Origin: an uncultured bacterium
Lineage (GTDB): Bacteria > Cyanobacteriota > Vampirovibrionia > Gastranaerophilales > Gastranaerophilaceae
DNA: 64,000 nt
Direction: 5' to 3'
NCBI GenBank assembly: GCA_902788575.1
Contig: CADAKY010000007.1
Span: 2,743-66,742, forward strand
Within the stretch, counting starts at the first letter, position 1. The number at the start of each line of letters is the position of its first letter. The notes under the pieces were generated by a model, which was not told where the DNA came from, did not search any database, and was given only the letters and a program-made list of their open reading frames with translations. The translations under genes were made by a program, and so were the position numbers. Shown in pieces: positions 9,655 to 18,294 of this stretch.

Positions 9655-10305
9655 ATGAAAGATAACGGAAAAAATAGTGATGTCTTTTATATAACCCATA
9701 CGGGTGAACTTTTAATATGGCTTATAATTTTACTTATTATTGTTGCGATTTCAACAATTTTTGTGATTAATAATGAAAAAAACAATAATGATCACAGTCT
9801 TTTACTGCCTGATGTCGATGGTTTAATCGTTGGTTCTCCTGTCAGAATGATGGGTATAGAAATTGGTCACATCACTAAAATTAAACCGATGAAAGATGAA
9901 GTTTTTGTAAAATTTTTAATAAAAGATGAAAACATAAAAATTCCTCAAGGGACACAGGCAACAGTGGAATTTTCGGGTATGGCAGGCTCCAAATCTCTTG
10001 AATTGTATCCGCCAACAGAAAAAACATATATAGATTCATCTGTTCCAATAATTACAGTAAATCCTCCCAAAAGGTTGCATGAAGCTGTAGGGTTGTTAAA
10101 TGAAATGTTTCAAAAATTGGGTTCTATTATTACTACGACATCTTTGTTCGGTAAAAAATTAAAAACAATAGATATGCCAAACACAGGCAATCCTGATGAT
10201 TTTAAAAGTTTTATAAAGTATGCAGATGAAACACTCGACAGCGCAACAAAAAGAGTAGAAGATTTTGAAAAAAGGATTAAAAAGTATGGAAAACAAAAAT
10301 CTTAA
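9655..10305 (+). CDS. MlaD/MCE family protein
   Basis: TM anchor then DVDGLIVGSPVRMMGIEIGHI. Confidence 0.85.
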   Translation: MKDNGKNSDVFYITHTGELLIWLIILLIIVAISTIFVINNEKNNNDHSLLLPDVDGLIVGSPVRMMGIEIGHITKIKPMKDEVFVKFLIKDENIKIPQGTQATVEFSGMAGSKSLELYPPTEKTYIDSSVPIITVNPPKRLHEAVGLLNEMFQKLGSIITTTSLFGKKLKTIDMPNTGNPDDFKSFIKYADETLDSATKRVEDFEKRIKKYGKQKS

Positions 10306-10936
10306 AATTATATCAAATCCGATTGTTAACCAAAGCCTTTGTGCAATGAGAAATAAAAATACGAATACTGAAGGTGTACGTCTTGCGGCAAGAAAACTTA
10401 CAAGAATTTTATTGTATGAAGCAACAAAAAATCTTCCGCAAAGCGAGGTTGAAATTGAAACGCCGGTGGCTAAATGCAAAACATCAACTATAAATAATGA
10501 TATAACAATTATTATTTCACCGATTTTAAGAGCAGGGCTAATTTTTACGGATGAAGCCGTAGATATCCTGCCTCAGGCAACTATCAGACATATAGGTATG
10601 TACAGAGATGAAAAAACGTTAAAACCGGTGTGGTATTATAACAAAGTCCCTATGCCTATTCATGACCCTGAAAAATATTATGTTTATATAACCGACCCAA
10701 TGCTTGCAACAGGGAATTCTTTAAAGGAAGCAATACGCCTTTATGTTGAAAAAGGCATTCCGGAAGTCAATATTTGTTGCATTTGTATGATTTCTGCCCC
10801 TCAGGGTATTGATGCGGTATTTAGCGAATTTCCCGATGTTAAGCTTATTGTTGCAGCCGTAGATTCTCATCTGAATGAACGCGGATATATTGTTCCGGGT
10901 ATGGGTGATGCAGGAGACAGAATTTTTAATACTTAA
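10286..10936 (+). CDS. upp: Uracil phosphoribosyltransferase
   Basis: PILRAG, DPMLATGNS, GYIVPGMGDAGDR. Confidence 0.96.
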   Translation: MENKNLKIISNPIVNQSLCAMRNKNTNTEGVRLAARKLTRILLYEATKNLPQSEVEIETPVAKCKTSTINNDITIIISPILRAGLIFTDEAVDILPQATIRHIGMYRDEKTLKPVWYYNKVPMPIHDPEKYYVYITDPMLATGNSLKEAIRLYVEKGIPEVNICCICMISAPQGIDAVFSEFPDVKLIVAAVDSHLNERGYIVPGMGDAGDRIFNT

Positions 10937-12246
10937 TCTTTGTTTGTTGTTACAACTCTTATAATAGCAACCATAATCCAAAACAGCAACTGAATCTGAG
11001 GTCTGAAAAATACCGTATCAACAAATCCGTGAGTCAGAATTCCGGTTATTGAAATCAGTGCTGCTAAAACGTATACAGACTCGACTGTTTTGTTTGATAA
11101 TACATATTTAATTGCTTTGTATATATTTGTACCGATAAAAGTCAAAAAAGTTATCAGGGCGAATATTCCGCTTTCTACAGCTGTTTCGAGGTAAATATTA
11201 TATGCACTGAGTGCATCAAATCCGGTTCTCATATAAAGTCCGTATATTTCTCTAAAGTTTTGGTTTCCGCACCCGATACCTAAAAGCCAATTATCTTTAA
11301 ACATATTAAGACAAGAGTTATATACATTAAACCTGAATGAATTTGAACTATCACTGCGCATTGCAAAAATTGAAAAAATTCTTGCTCTTAAAGCTGATGT
11401 CGAAATTACTATTATAGCTGTAAAACTTATGCAAGCACACACAATGGCTGAAAATATTTTTTTATAATCTTTTTTTATAATATTGTAAAGAATAAATGTA
11501 AAGACTAAACATTCAAAGAAAAATCCGATATATGCTCCTCGGCATCCTGTTAAAACAAGAGCAATAACTGACAAAAGTCCTAAAACAAGAGATGGCAGCA
11601 CCAGTTTTTTATTAATAAAAGGAATTGTACAAAAAGCTGGAATCGCTGCAAGCATATATCCTCCGAAAAGATTCGGATTGAAAGGTTTTATTGTTCCATA
11701 CACCCTAGTCATTACTTCTTCCGGATTCAAATGCGACATATCCTGCCAGCCTGAAATTTCTTCAACAGCTCCCGCATTTTGCAAAAATGCAAAAACAGTT
11801 TCATAACAAACGCAAAGAGAAATTGCAAGAAATATATATTTAATTTTGTCTTTATTGTCTTTTAAATAATGAACTATTGAAATATAAAATCCAATATATG
11901 TGAGTGTTTTGAAAAATCCCTTTAAGCTCAAATATAAAAGAGAAGATCCTGCAACACTTATCAAGACAAAAATCATATATAACAGTAAAAATTTGTCAGC
12001 AAATGACATTTCTAAACGCTCACCTGTTTTAGTTAAGAGTTTAAAAAATGTAAGTAGTATTGCAAAAATAGCAAAATACCCTATCGTATCAGATTGTGCA
12101 ACTGTAGAAGAAAATATCACCAAAAAAATATTAGCTCCTATGAGCCAGTCCAGTTTTTGTAATACTATGCTGTTTTCTGTAACAGGTTTTAAAAATTTCT
12201 GAATTTTGTATAAAACTGTATTAATAAACAATGTTCTTAATTCCAA
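10933..12246 (-). CDS. ictB: IctB/O-antigen ligase family membrane protein (cyanobacterial type)
   Basis: TRVYGT..NPNLFGGY, RSDSSNSFRFNVY, LSAYNIYLETAVESG, HGFVDTVFFRPQ. Confidence 0.8.
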   Translation of the reverse strand: MELRTLFINTVLYKIQKFLKPVTENSIVLQKLDWLIGANIFLVIFSSTVAQSDTIGYFAIFAILLTFFKLLTKTGERLEMSFADKFLLLYMIFVLISVAGSSLLYLSLKGFFKTLTYIGFYISIVHYLKDNKDKIKYIFLAISLCVCYETVFAFLQNAGAVEEISGWQDMSHLNPEEVMTRVYGTIKPFNPNLFGGYMLAAIPAFCTIPFINKKLVLPSLVLGLLSVIALVLTGCRGAYIGFFFECLVFTFILYNIIKKDYKKIFSAIVCACISFTAIIVISTSALRARIFSIFAMRSDSSNSFRFNVYNSCLNMFKDNWLLGIGCGNQNFREIYGLYMRTGFDALSAYNIYLETAVESGIFALITFLTFIGTNIYKAIKYVLSNKTVESVYVLAALISITGILTHGFVDTVFFRPQIQLLFWIMVAIIRVVTTNKD

Positions 12247-12258
12247 CTATTCAATAAT

Positions 12259-12807
12259 CTATCCAACTTCATTATTTTCGCCGGAATTTTCAACTTCAAC
12301 TTCTGTTGTTACCCGTACATCAGAAATTGTTCCGTTAAATTTGTAACTTTCTCCCTCTAATGTTACCGGCAAACCCATTTTTATTTTGTTACCACCGACA
12401 ACAGCGCCGTCTTTTGTTATTTTAGCAACGTCAGTTATTGTTACAATGGCATCAAACAATGCAGGCTGTTCAGGATCATTAATTAAAACATACTGCTCAA
12501 CTGCTTTTGCTGAAGATACGGCAGTTTTTCTCGGAGTTGATGTTACATCTATCACATTTAATTCAGTATACGGAACGTTTCTAATTGTTATAAATGACTT
12601 TTCACCGACCTTTACAGGAAATTCTTTACCTGTAACCGTAACTCCGCGCAAAAAGACCTGAAAAGTTATTGGCGATGTTGCTTCAATTTGTTTATCAGCT
12701 GTCTGTCGAAAATGCTTAACTGTATAAAGCCCGACTATTAGAGCAATAATTACTCCTATAACAATAATTACATCTACAATATTAAATTTCCCAAATAAAT
12801 TTTTCAT
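12259..12807 (-). CDS. DUF4330 family membrane-anchored protein
   Basis: LFGKFNIVD N-terminus plus TM, VVGGNKIKMG..LE...Y.FNG. Confidence 0.75.
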   Translation of the reverse strand: MKNLFGKFNIVDVIIVIGVIIALIVGLYTVKHFRQTADKQIEATSPITFQVFLRGVTVTGKEFPVKVGEKSFITIRNVPYTELNVIDVTSTPRKTAVSSAKAVEQYVLINDPEQPALFDAIVTITDVAKITKDGAVVGGNKIKMGLPVTLEGESYKFNGTISDVRVTTEVEVENSGENNEVG

Positions 12808-12816
12808 TTATTACTC

Positions 12817-13836
12817 CTATGTTTCTAAATCAATTTTTTCCGGAATTGACGCCAATATTTCATCAATTGATGTTGTTGCACAGCCGAATTGCTTGACAAC
12901 AATTCCGGCTGCAATATTTCCTATTATTGCGGCATAAACAGGTTCCGCACCTGCAGCCATAGCAAGCGTATATAAAGCTGTAACGGTATCACCGGCACCT
13001 GTAACATCAAAGACTTTTGATTTATTAAAGACAGGAATGTGAGTGTATTTCCCTCCTTGTTCAATAACCACCATTCCTTTATCACCACATGTAATAAGAA
13101 CGGCCGGTGCATTTGTTTCATTAATTAATCTGTTACCGGCAAGTAAAAAATCAGCTTTATCTTTCAAATAAAACCCTACATGTTTTTGTGTATCAGGAAG
13201 ATTAGGGGTCATTGACGTTACGCCTTTGTATCTGTTTAAATCTTTTTGTGCATCTACAATAACAATTTTGTTATATTCTTTTGCTGTATTTACAACAGAT
13301 GCAATTACATTGTCTGTTAAAGTCCCTATATGATAATCAGATAAAATGATTGCATCATGTTCCGGAACTAATTTTTTTACTGCATCTATTAATTTTCCTT
13401 CTGTTTCTCTTGATATCGGTGCATTTGTCTGTCTGTCTATTCTTACAATTTGTTGTGTAACGGATTGTGAACAAGAGCCGGAAATCCTTGTTTTGGTTAT
13501 AGTTTTTCTTGTTTTATCCTGAATTAAAGAATCACAATTTATATTGGCATTTTTAAATGCATTTTTTAAATCTTCAGCCTGATAATCATCTCCTATAACT
13601 CCAATTACAGAAACTTTACCACTGTTTATGTCTGATACGTTGTGAGCGGCATTTGAAGCTCCGCCAAGAATATAATTTGTATGTGTATGCTGCAAAATTA
13701 AAACCGGTGCTTCTCTTGATATACGTTCTGTATCTCCATATACCATTTCATCCAGTGCTAAGTCACCTATAACAAGCACTTTAGGTTCTTTTAATTTATT
13801 CACAAATTCTCTTAATAAATTTTTATCAATATTCAT
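12817..13836 (-). CDS. D-glycero-beta-D-manno-heptose-7-phosphate kinase (stand-alone RfaE/HldE kinase domain)
   Basis: VIGDLALD, RISREAPV, GGASNAAHN, LSDY, VFDVTGAGDT. Confidence 0.88.
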   Translation of the reverse strand: MNIDKNLLREFVNKLKEPKVLVIGDLALDEMVYGDTERISREAPVLILQHTHTNYILGGASNAAHNVSDINSGKVSVIGVIGDDYQAEDLKNAFKNANINCDSLIQDKTRKTITKTRISGSCSQSVTQQIVRIDRQTNAPISRETEGKLIDAVKKLVPEHDAIILSDYHIGTLTDNVIASVVNTAKEYNKIVIVDAQKDLNRYKGVTSMTPNLPDTQKHVGFYLKDKADFLLAGNRLINETNAPAVLITCGDKGMVVIEQGGKYTHIPVFNKSKVFDVTGAGDTVTALYTLAMAAGAEPVYAAIIGNIAAGIVVKQFGCATTSIDEILASIPEKIDLET

Positions 13837-13910
13837 ATCATCTTCTCTTATGATTGCTTAATACTTTAAAATAATATATAATAAATCTATAATACAACAA
13901 AAATGGAAGA

Positions 13911-14777
13911 GTGGAAAGATACATGGCAGGCAATAAAGCATTAAATAATGATGATTCTATGGATATTAATGAATTGGCCGCTTTAAACGGTGATATATCG
14001 CCTGAATTAATTGACCAACTTCAGCAAAAGCTTTCTCAGGAAACTCAAAATTTTTCTTCGCAATTTGATGAAAATGATGATACTACACTTTTTGAAGAAC
14101 CATTGCAAACACCTGAATCTGTAATATCAGCAGAAAGTCCTGTAACGTCTGAACAAACTGATGAAACATTAAAAAGCGAGTCCGAAATTCCGCAGCAAGA
14201 TGAACAGTTTACTGTTGAAGAAGAAAAACCACTGCCGAAGCTTGATAAAAGTGTAGATGACAACTTTATAAAAAAATACAAAGCAAAATTAAATAAACAA
14301 AAATTTGGATTTTCAGGTGATGATATATCTTCTGATGAAAATAAACAGGAAGAAGAAATTAGTGAAATTTCTAATGGAACTATTACAGAAAAAGAAATGA
14401 CACAGGCACAGCAGGAATATAATGACAGCCTTGATTTATTAGACGGTAATGTAAAATATTCAAAATATGTTATTTACGTAGATCCTCAAAATGTTGATTT
14501 TATTGATAGTTTAACAGTTAAAGAACGCAAAAATCTAATAAATAAAATTTTACGTGAACAAGATGATATTTCTATAACCAGGAAAAAATTTCAGACTATT
14601 CAGGCTGTCATTAAGCATGTTATAGTTGCAATTTTAACAATTGTTATATCAATTCCTGTTATATATTGGGCAATAAATGCTTCCTTAGAAGCATCAATAA
14701 ATAACCACAGACGCGCAGAATCTAACTGGGGAACATTATACAGAGACAATGGAAAAATCAACGTTAAGCAGCCTTAG
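13911..14777 (+). CDS. Hypothetical protein, acidic disordered N-terminus, C-terminal TM helix
   Basis: Long ORF; hydrophobic VIVAILTIVISIPVIYWAI; start may be ATG 13923. Confidence 0.7.
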   Translation: MERYMAGNKALNNDDSMDINELAALNGDISPELIDQLQQKLSQETQNFSSQFDENDDTTLFEEPLQTPESVISAESPVTSEQTDETLKSESEIPQQDEQFTVEEEKPLPKLDKSVDDNFIKKYKAKLNKQKFGFSGDDISSDENKQEEEISEISNGTITEKEMTQAQQEYNDSLDLLDGNVKYSKYVIYVDPQNVDFIDSLTVKERKNLINKILREQDDISITRKKFQTIQAVIKHVIVAILTIVISIPVIYWAINASLEASINNHRRAESNWGTLYRDNGKINVKQP

Positions 14778-15543
14778 ATACACTTTCTTTTGTATTTTCA
14801 GACTTAATTGCATGAAGCTTTTTAGCATGTTCAGTATTTGAATTTTGTTTTAAAAAGTTACCTTTTATAGTTTCATGAATTTTTTCACCTAAAACGTAAC
14901 CTCCGATTGATGCTCCTACAAATAACAGCCCTTTTGCAACGGATGGAAGAGGCTTCAGTGAAATTTTATCAAATAATTTTTTAGTCGAACAATAATCATT
15001 AATTGTTTTTTCAATTTTTTCAGATTGAGCCTTTAAGAATGGATTAGATTTGTAGAAAGCGGTTCTTTTAACGGAAGTTTTCAAACCGGTAATCGGATCT
15101 TTTACTTTCTTTTCCATTTCTAAAATATTTTTCGCAGCTGCTTCGCAGGCAAACATTGTGCCAAGTGCAAGAGTTTCGTGTGCTAATGCATCTTTTTTAT
15201 CATCAGCGGTCAAAACTTTTATACCTCCGACAGCAGTAATTACGGGATTTATATGATCAGCCGTAAAACCAATTACTTTCCCTGTCCCTTCCAAAAAGGC
15301 ATTTCCCTTTGAAATAGATGTTATAGCTTCTTTTGCTCCCTTAAATCCGGTTGCATAAGTTGATTTTGATTCCTCAAGAAGAGTTTCAACTCCGCTCATT
15401 GCATTTTTAACTTGTCCTGATGCAACATCAGCATTTCCTACTGATACTACCAGATTATCTGCATTAACAGCTTTATCAGCTCTTCTTGTAGAGAAGACTA
15501 GATTTTTTGTAACATCAGTAATTGCTGATAAACCTGCTGCCAT
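14764..15543 (-). CDS. Hypothetical Ala/Gly-rich protein with hydrophobic helices
   Basis: ORF 259 aa; no known family; preceded by GCAATT motif and HLR1-like box. Confidence 0.75.
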   Translation of the reverse strand: MAAGLSAITDVTKNLVFSTRRADKAVNADNLVVSVGNADVASGQVKNAMSGVETLLEESKSTYATGFKGAKEAITSISKGNAFLEGTGKVIGFTADHINPVITAVGGIKVLTADDKKDALAHETLALGTMFACEAAAKNILEMEKKVKDPITGLKTSVKRTAFYKSNPFLKAQSEKIEKTINDYCSTKKLFDKISLKPLPSVAKGLLFVGASIGGYVLGEKIHETIKGNFLKQNSNTEHAKKLHAIKSENTKESVSKAA

Positions 15544-15583
15544 TTTCTAACCTTTACAATTAAAAATACACACTTTACATATA

Positions 15584-15612
15584 TATAAAGTATTCCTGTC
15601 AGAAAAAATTGC
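15584..15612 (-). promoter_or_regulatory. GCAATT-N15-ACTTTATA motif, copy 2
   Basis: Minus strand GCAATT-ttttctgacaggaat-ACTTTATA, 40 nt upstream of ATG 15543. Confidence 0.65.
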
Positions 15613-15628
15613 CTATAATCATAAAATT

Positions 15629-15646
15629 GTTACAAAATATTACAAA
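15629..15646. promoter_or_regulatory. HLR1-like (OmpR-family) direct repeat
   Basis: GTTACAAA-at-ATTACAAA, one mismatch, overlaps the udp stop codon. Confidence 0.5.
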
Positions 15647-16395
15647 AGAATTTTAATTGCTTCGATTGCTGTTTTTATTGCAGAATCTGTATCATGGACT
15701 ACAGGATTTTCTAATCCGGCTTTTTCTCGTTCCTGATTAGCTACAACCAGAAAGACTGAACCGACTTGTACTTTTAAGAAACTTCCCGCAACGAATAATG
15801 CAGCAGACTCCATTTCAGAAGCCAAACATCCCAAACGTAGCCATGCCTGCCATTTATTTTCAAGTTCATAACTTACAGGCATTATTTCAGGATTATGTTG
15901 TCCGTAGAATGCATCTTTACATTGAACAACACCTATGTGATGTTTAAAATTCAGTTTTTCGGAGGCTTGTTTTAATGCAGATACTATTTCATAACTGGCT
16001 ACTGCAGGAAATTCAATCGGGGCATATTCTTTTGAGGTTCCTTCCATTCTTATTGCGCCTGTTGCTATTACTAAGTCCCCGCTTTTAACATTCAAATCCA
16101 TTCCGCCGCATGTTCCGACTCTAATAAATTTTTTTGCACCGATTTTAACCAGTTCTTCAAGTGCAATTGATGCGGAAGGTCCGCCAATACCTGTTGATGT
16201 CACTGAAACTTTTTTACCATTAAGAGTGCCTGTATATGTCACAAATTCTCTTCTGTCACCTACCATTAATGGATTATCAAAATATTTAGCGATTTTTTCA
16301 CATCTTTTAGGGTCACCGGGCAGTATAACAATTTCTCCGACATCACCCTCTTTTAAACCTATATGATATTGTGTACCGTCCTCAGAATATTTCAT
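15640..16395 (-). CDS. udp: Uridine phosphorylase
   Basis: [31 protein letters not shown]. Confidence 0.95.
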   Translation of the reverse strand: MKYSEDGTQYHIGLKEGDVGEIVILPGDPKRCEKIAKYFDNPLMVGDRREFVTYTGTLNGKKVSVTSTGIGGPSASIALEELVKIGAKKFIRVGTCGGMDLNVKSGDLVIATGAIRMEGTSKEYAPIEFPAVASYEIVSALKQASEKLNFKHHIGVVQCKDAFYGQHNPEIMPVSYELENKWQAWLRLGCLASEMESAALFVAGSFLKVQVGSVFLVVANQEREKAGLENPVVHDTDSAIKTAIEAIKILL

Positions 16396-16452
16396 ATAAA
16401 TCTCCTCTCTGAAAACTATATTTTATCAGTAAATATAGAGTGTGTCAAAAAT

Positions 16453-17628
16453 TTAAAGAACATCTACAATTTCTTTTATTGCAGGCGTTGTAATGTTTTT
16501 AAGTGCTGTTTGTTTGTGTAAAGAATTAAGAGCATTTTTTTCTTTTAATGATGTCAGCACTTTTAACAAAAGAGTTTGATTGGTGCTGTCTAAAAGAGTT
16601 TCCAGTTCTTCTATATCTTTTACATAATCTACAGCAAAGAATACAAAATCACTTTCCTCATACAATTCTTCATATAATAAATTATTTAGTTTATTTGTAT
16701 TAAATCCTTTAAGAAGTTTACTTACAGACAGAATTTCATCTTTAGTATTTTTATCACAGTCAAAAAGGTATTCTTCATTTTCTGCAAGAGAAGAAAACTT
16801 ATCTTTTGCCAGTGTTAATAGTAACGCAGAAGTGCTGGTTAAGTTGTTGTAATATAAATTTTCAAATATTTCATAAAAATTATATTCCTGTGCTACACTT
16901 GCCGGTATTATTTCCGGTATAGCGTTTATAATGTTGCAAAGTACAAGAATTCCGTCATCAAATTTATTTTCTAAAAGTTCATCAAAAGGAATTAAAAATG
17001 GAATTTCAGATGCAATATTTTCGGCAAGTGAAGATTTTTTCATTACTGATATAATCTTGTCTGTACAGTCTTTTGCGCCATACGTAACTAAAAATTTTAC
17101 TGCTTCATATTGTTCAAATTCATCAGTTGAACCCAAATTAGTAATTGCATTTTCTTTTGAAAATGTATCATCCATTTTTGCCAAAAGTTCGATAGAATTA
17201 ATTTTTAAAGGTTCAAAATCAGATTTTGAAGATTCTCTTATTTGTGCGACAAACTCTGATAAATATTCATTAGGAACAAATGAAAAATATTTTGCAGCAT
17301 ACGCTTTTTTTTCATCGTTTTCGTTAAGAAAAATTTCTTTCATTACTGGCAGTATTTCCAAACCGCCGTACTGATACAAAACTTCTGCAATCATTGTGTC
17401 GTAAGATGCTGAATAATATTGCAGAAATTCCATCAAATTCAAATAGTTTTCTTTATTGCATGCATTTTGAATTCTTTTAGAAACATTATTTTTTACAAAA
17501 TCAAATAAAAAATCTTCTTGTGCGACAAGCTTCTTAAATAAATCAACGTTCGGCTCATTTACTAAACATTTAGCCGCGTGTTCATACTCTGCAGGATTTT
17601 TACCTGTGAGTGCTTTAAATAAATCCAT
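16453..17628 (-). CDS. HEAT/ARM-repeat-like helical protein
   Basis: All-helical acidic pattern with HEAT-like segments (DEFEQYEAVKFL, EPLKINSIELL). Confidence 0.6.
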   Translation of the reverse strand: MDLFKALTGKNPAEYEHAAKCLVNEPNVDLFKKLVAQEDFLFDFVKNNVSKRIQNACNKENYLNLMEFLQYYSASYDTMIAEVLYQYGGLEILPVMKEIFLNENDEKKAYAAKYFSFVPNEYLSEFVAQIRESSKSDFEPLKINSIELLAKMDDTFSKENAITNLGSTDEFEQYEAVKFLVTYGAKDCTDKIISVMKKSSLAENIASEIPFLIPFDELLENKFDDGILVLCNIINAIPEIIPASVAQEYNFYEIFENLYYNNLTSTSALLLTLAKDKFSSLAENEEYLFDCDKNTKDEILSVSKLLKGFNTNKLNNLLYEELYEESDFVFFAVDYVKDIEELETLLDSTNQTLLLKVLTSLKEKNALNSLHKQTALKNITTPAIKEIVDVL

Positions 17629-17634
17629 AATTAA

Positions 17635-18207
17635 TTAGTCCAAATAAAATACTGTAACAACTTTGTGATTTTCTTCGGCATACTCTAATGCTCTGTGAAG
17701 AGTTTTACTTGTATGAGACAAGAAGCAAATCATTTGATTACAGTCGTCAATAATTTCCCTGTTGCATACTCTTGAAGCATCAGCCAAAGTCATCATAGCT
17801 CGGTCGGAATGTTCAACAATATTAGGAACACCTATAAGCTGATCTTGAACATCAGATGGCTGCTGACCTATAGTTTGGGGTAAAATAACTTTCAATTTAT
17901 CCGGATTAGATTTCATAGCACCTCTTATTGCTGCAGCATTTGTACCGCAAGAACCACCGGATGTTATAATGGTGTTTCCTTGTTGTACAAGAGCCGTTGT
18001 AAGAGTTTCAATCATTTGTTGATGTGTTATTGCTAAGTTTCTTGAACCTATTATCGCGATTCTTTTTGCAGGCTGTTTTATGGTTGCCAGTTCCATTGCA
18101 AGCTCATCAACTGTGTCAGGAGAAGAATCTGCGGTATCTAAATCTCCTATAGGAACCATAATTGACGGTTGTTCGTTTTCATCAATAGAATCTAAAATAA
18201 TGTTCAT
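17635..18207 (-). CDS. DprA/Smf-like Rossmann protein (cyanobacterial DNA recombination-mediator A type)
   Basis: DELAMELATIKQ..KRIAIIGSR, ITSGGSCGTNAAAIRGA, VTVFYLD. Confidence 0.8.
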   Translation of the reverse strand: MNIILDSIDENEQPSIMVPIGDLDTADSSPDTVDELAMELATIKQPAKRIAIIGSRNLAITHQQMIETLTTALVQQGNTIITSGGSCGTNAAAIRGAMKSNPDKLKVILPQTIGQQPSDVQDQLIGVPNIVEHSDRAMMTLADASRVCNREIIDDCNQMICFLSHTSKTLHRALEYAEENHKVVTVFYLD

Positions 18208-18294
18208 TGTTTCACCTTTTCCATATTGTCTTTTATACGTGTTTTCTGTATGCTAGGATATAATAGCATAAAATTACGATTTTGGGAATAGGGA

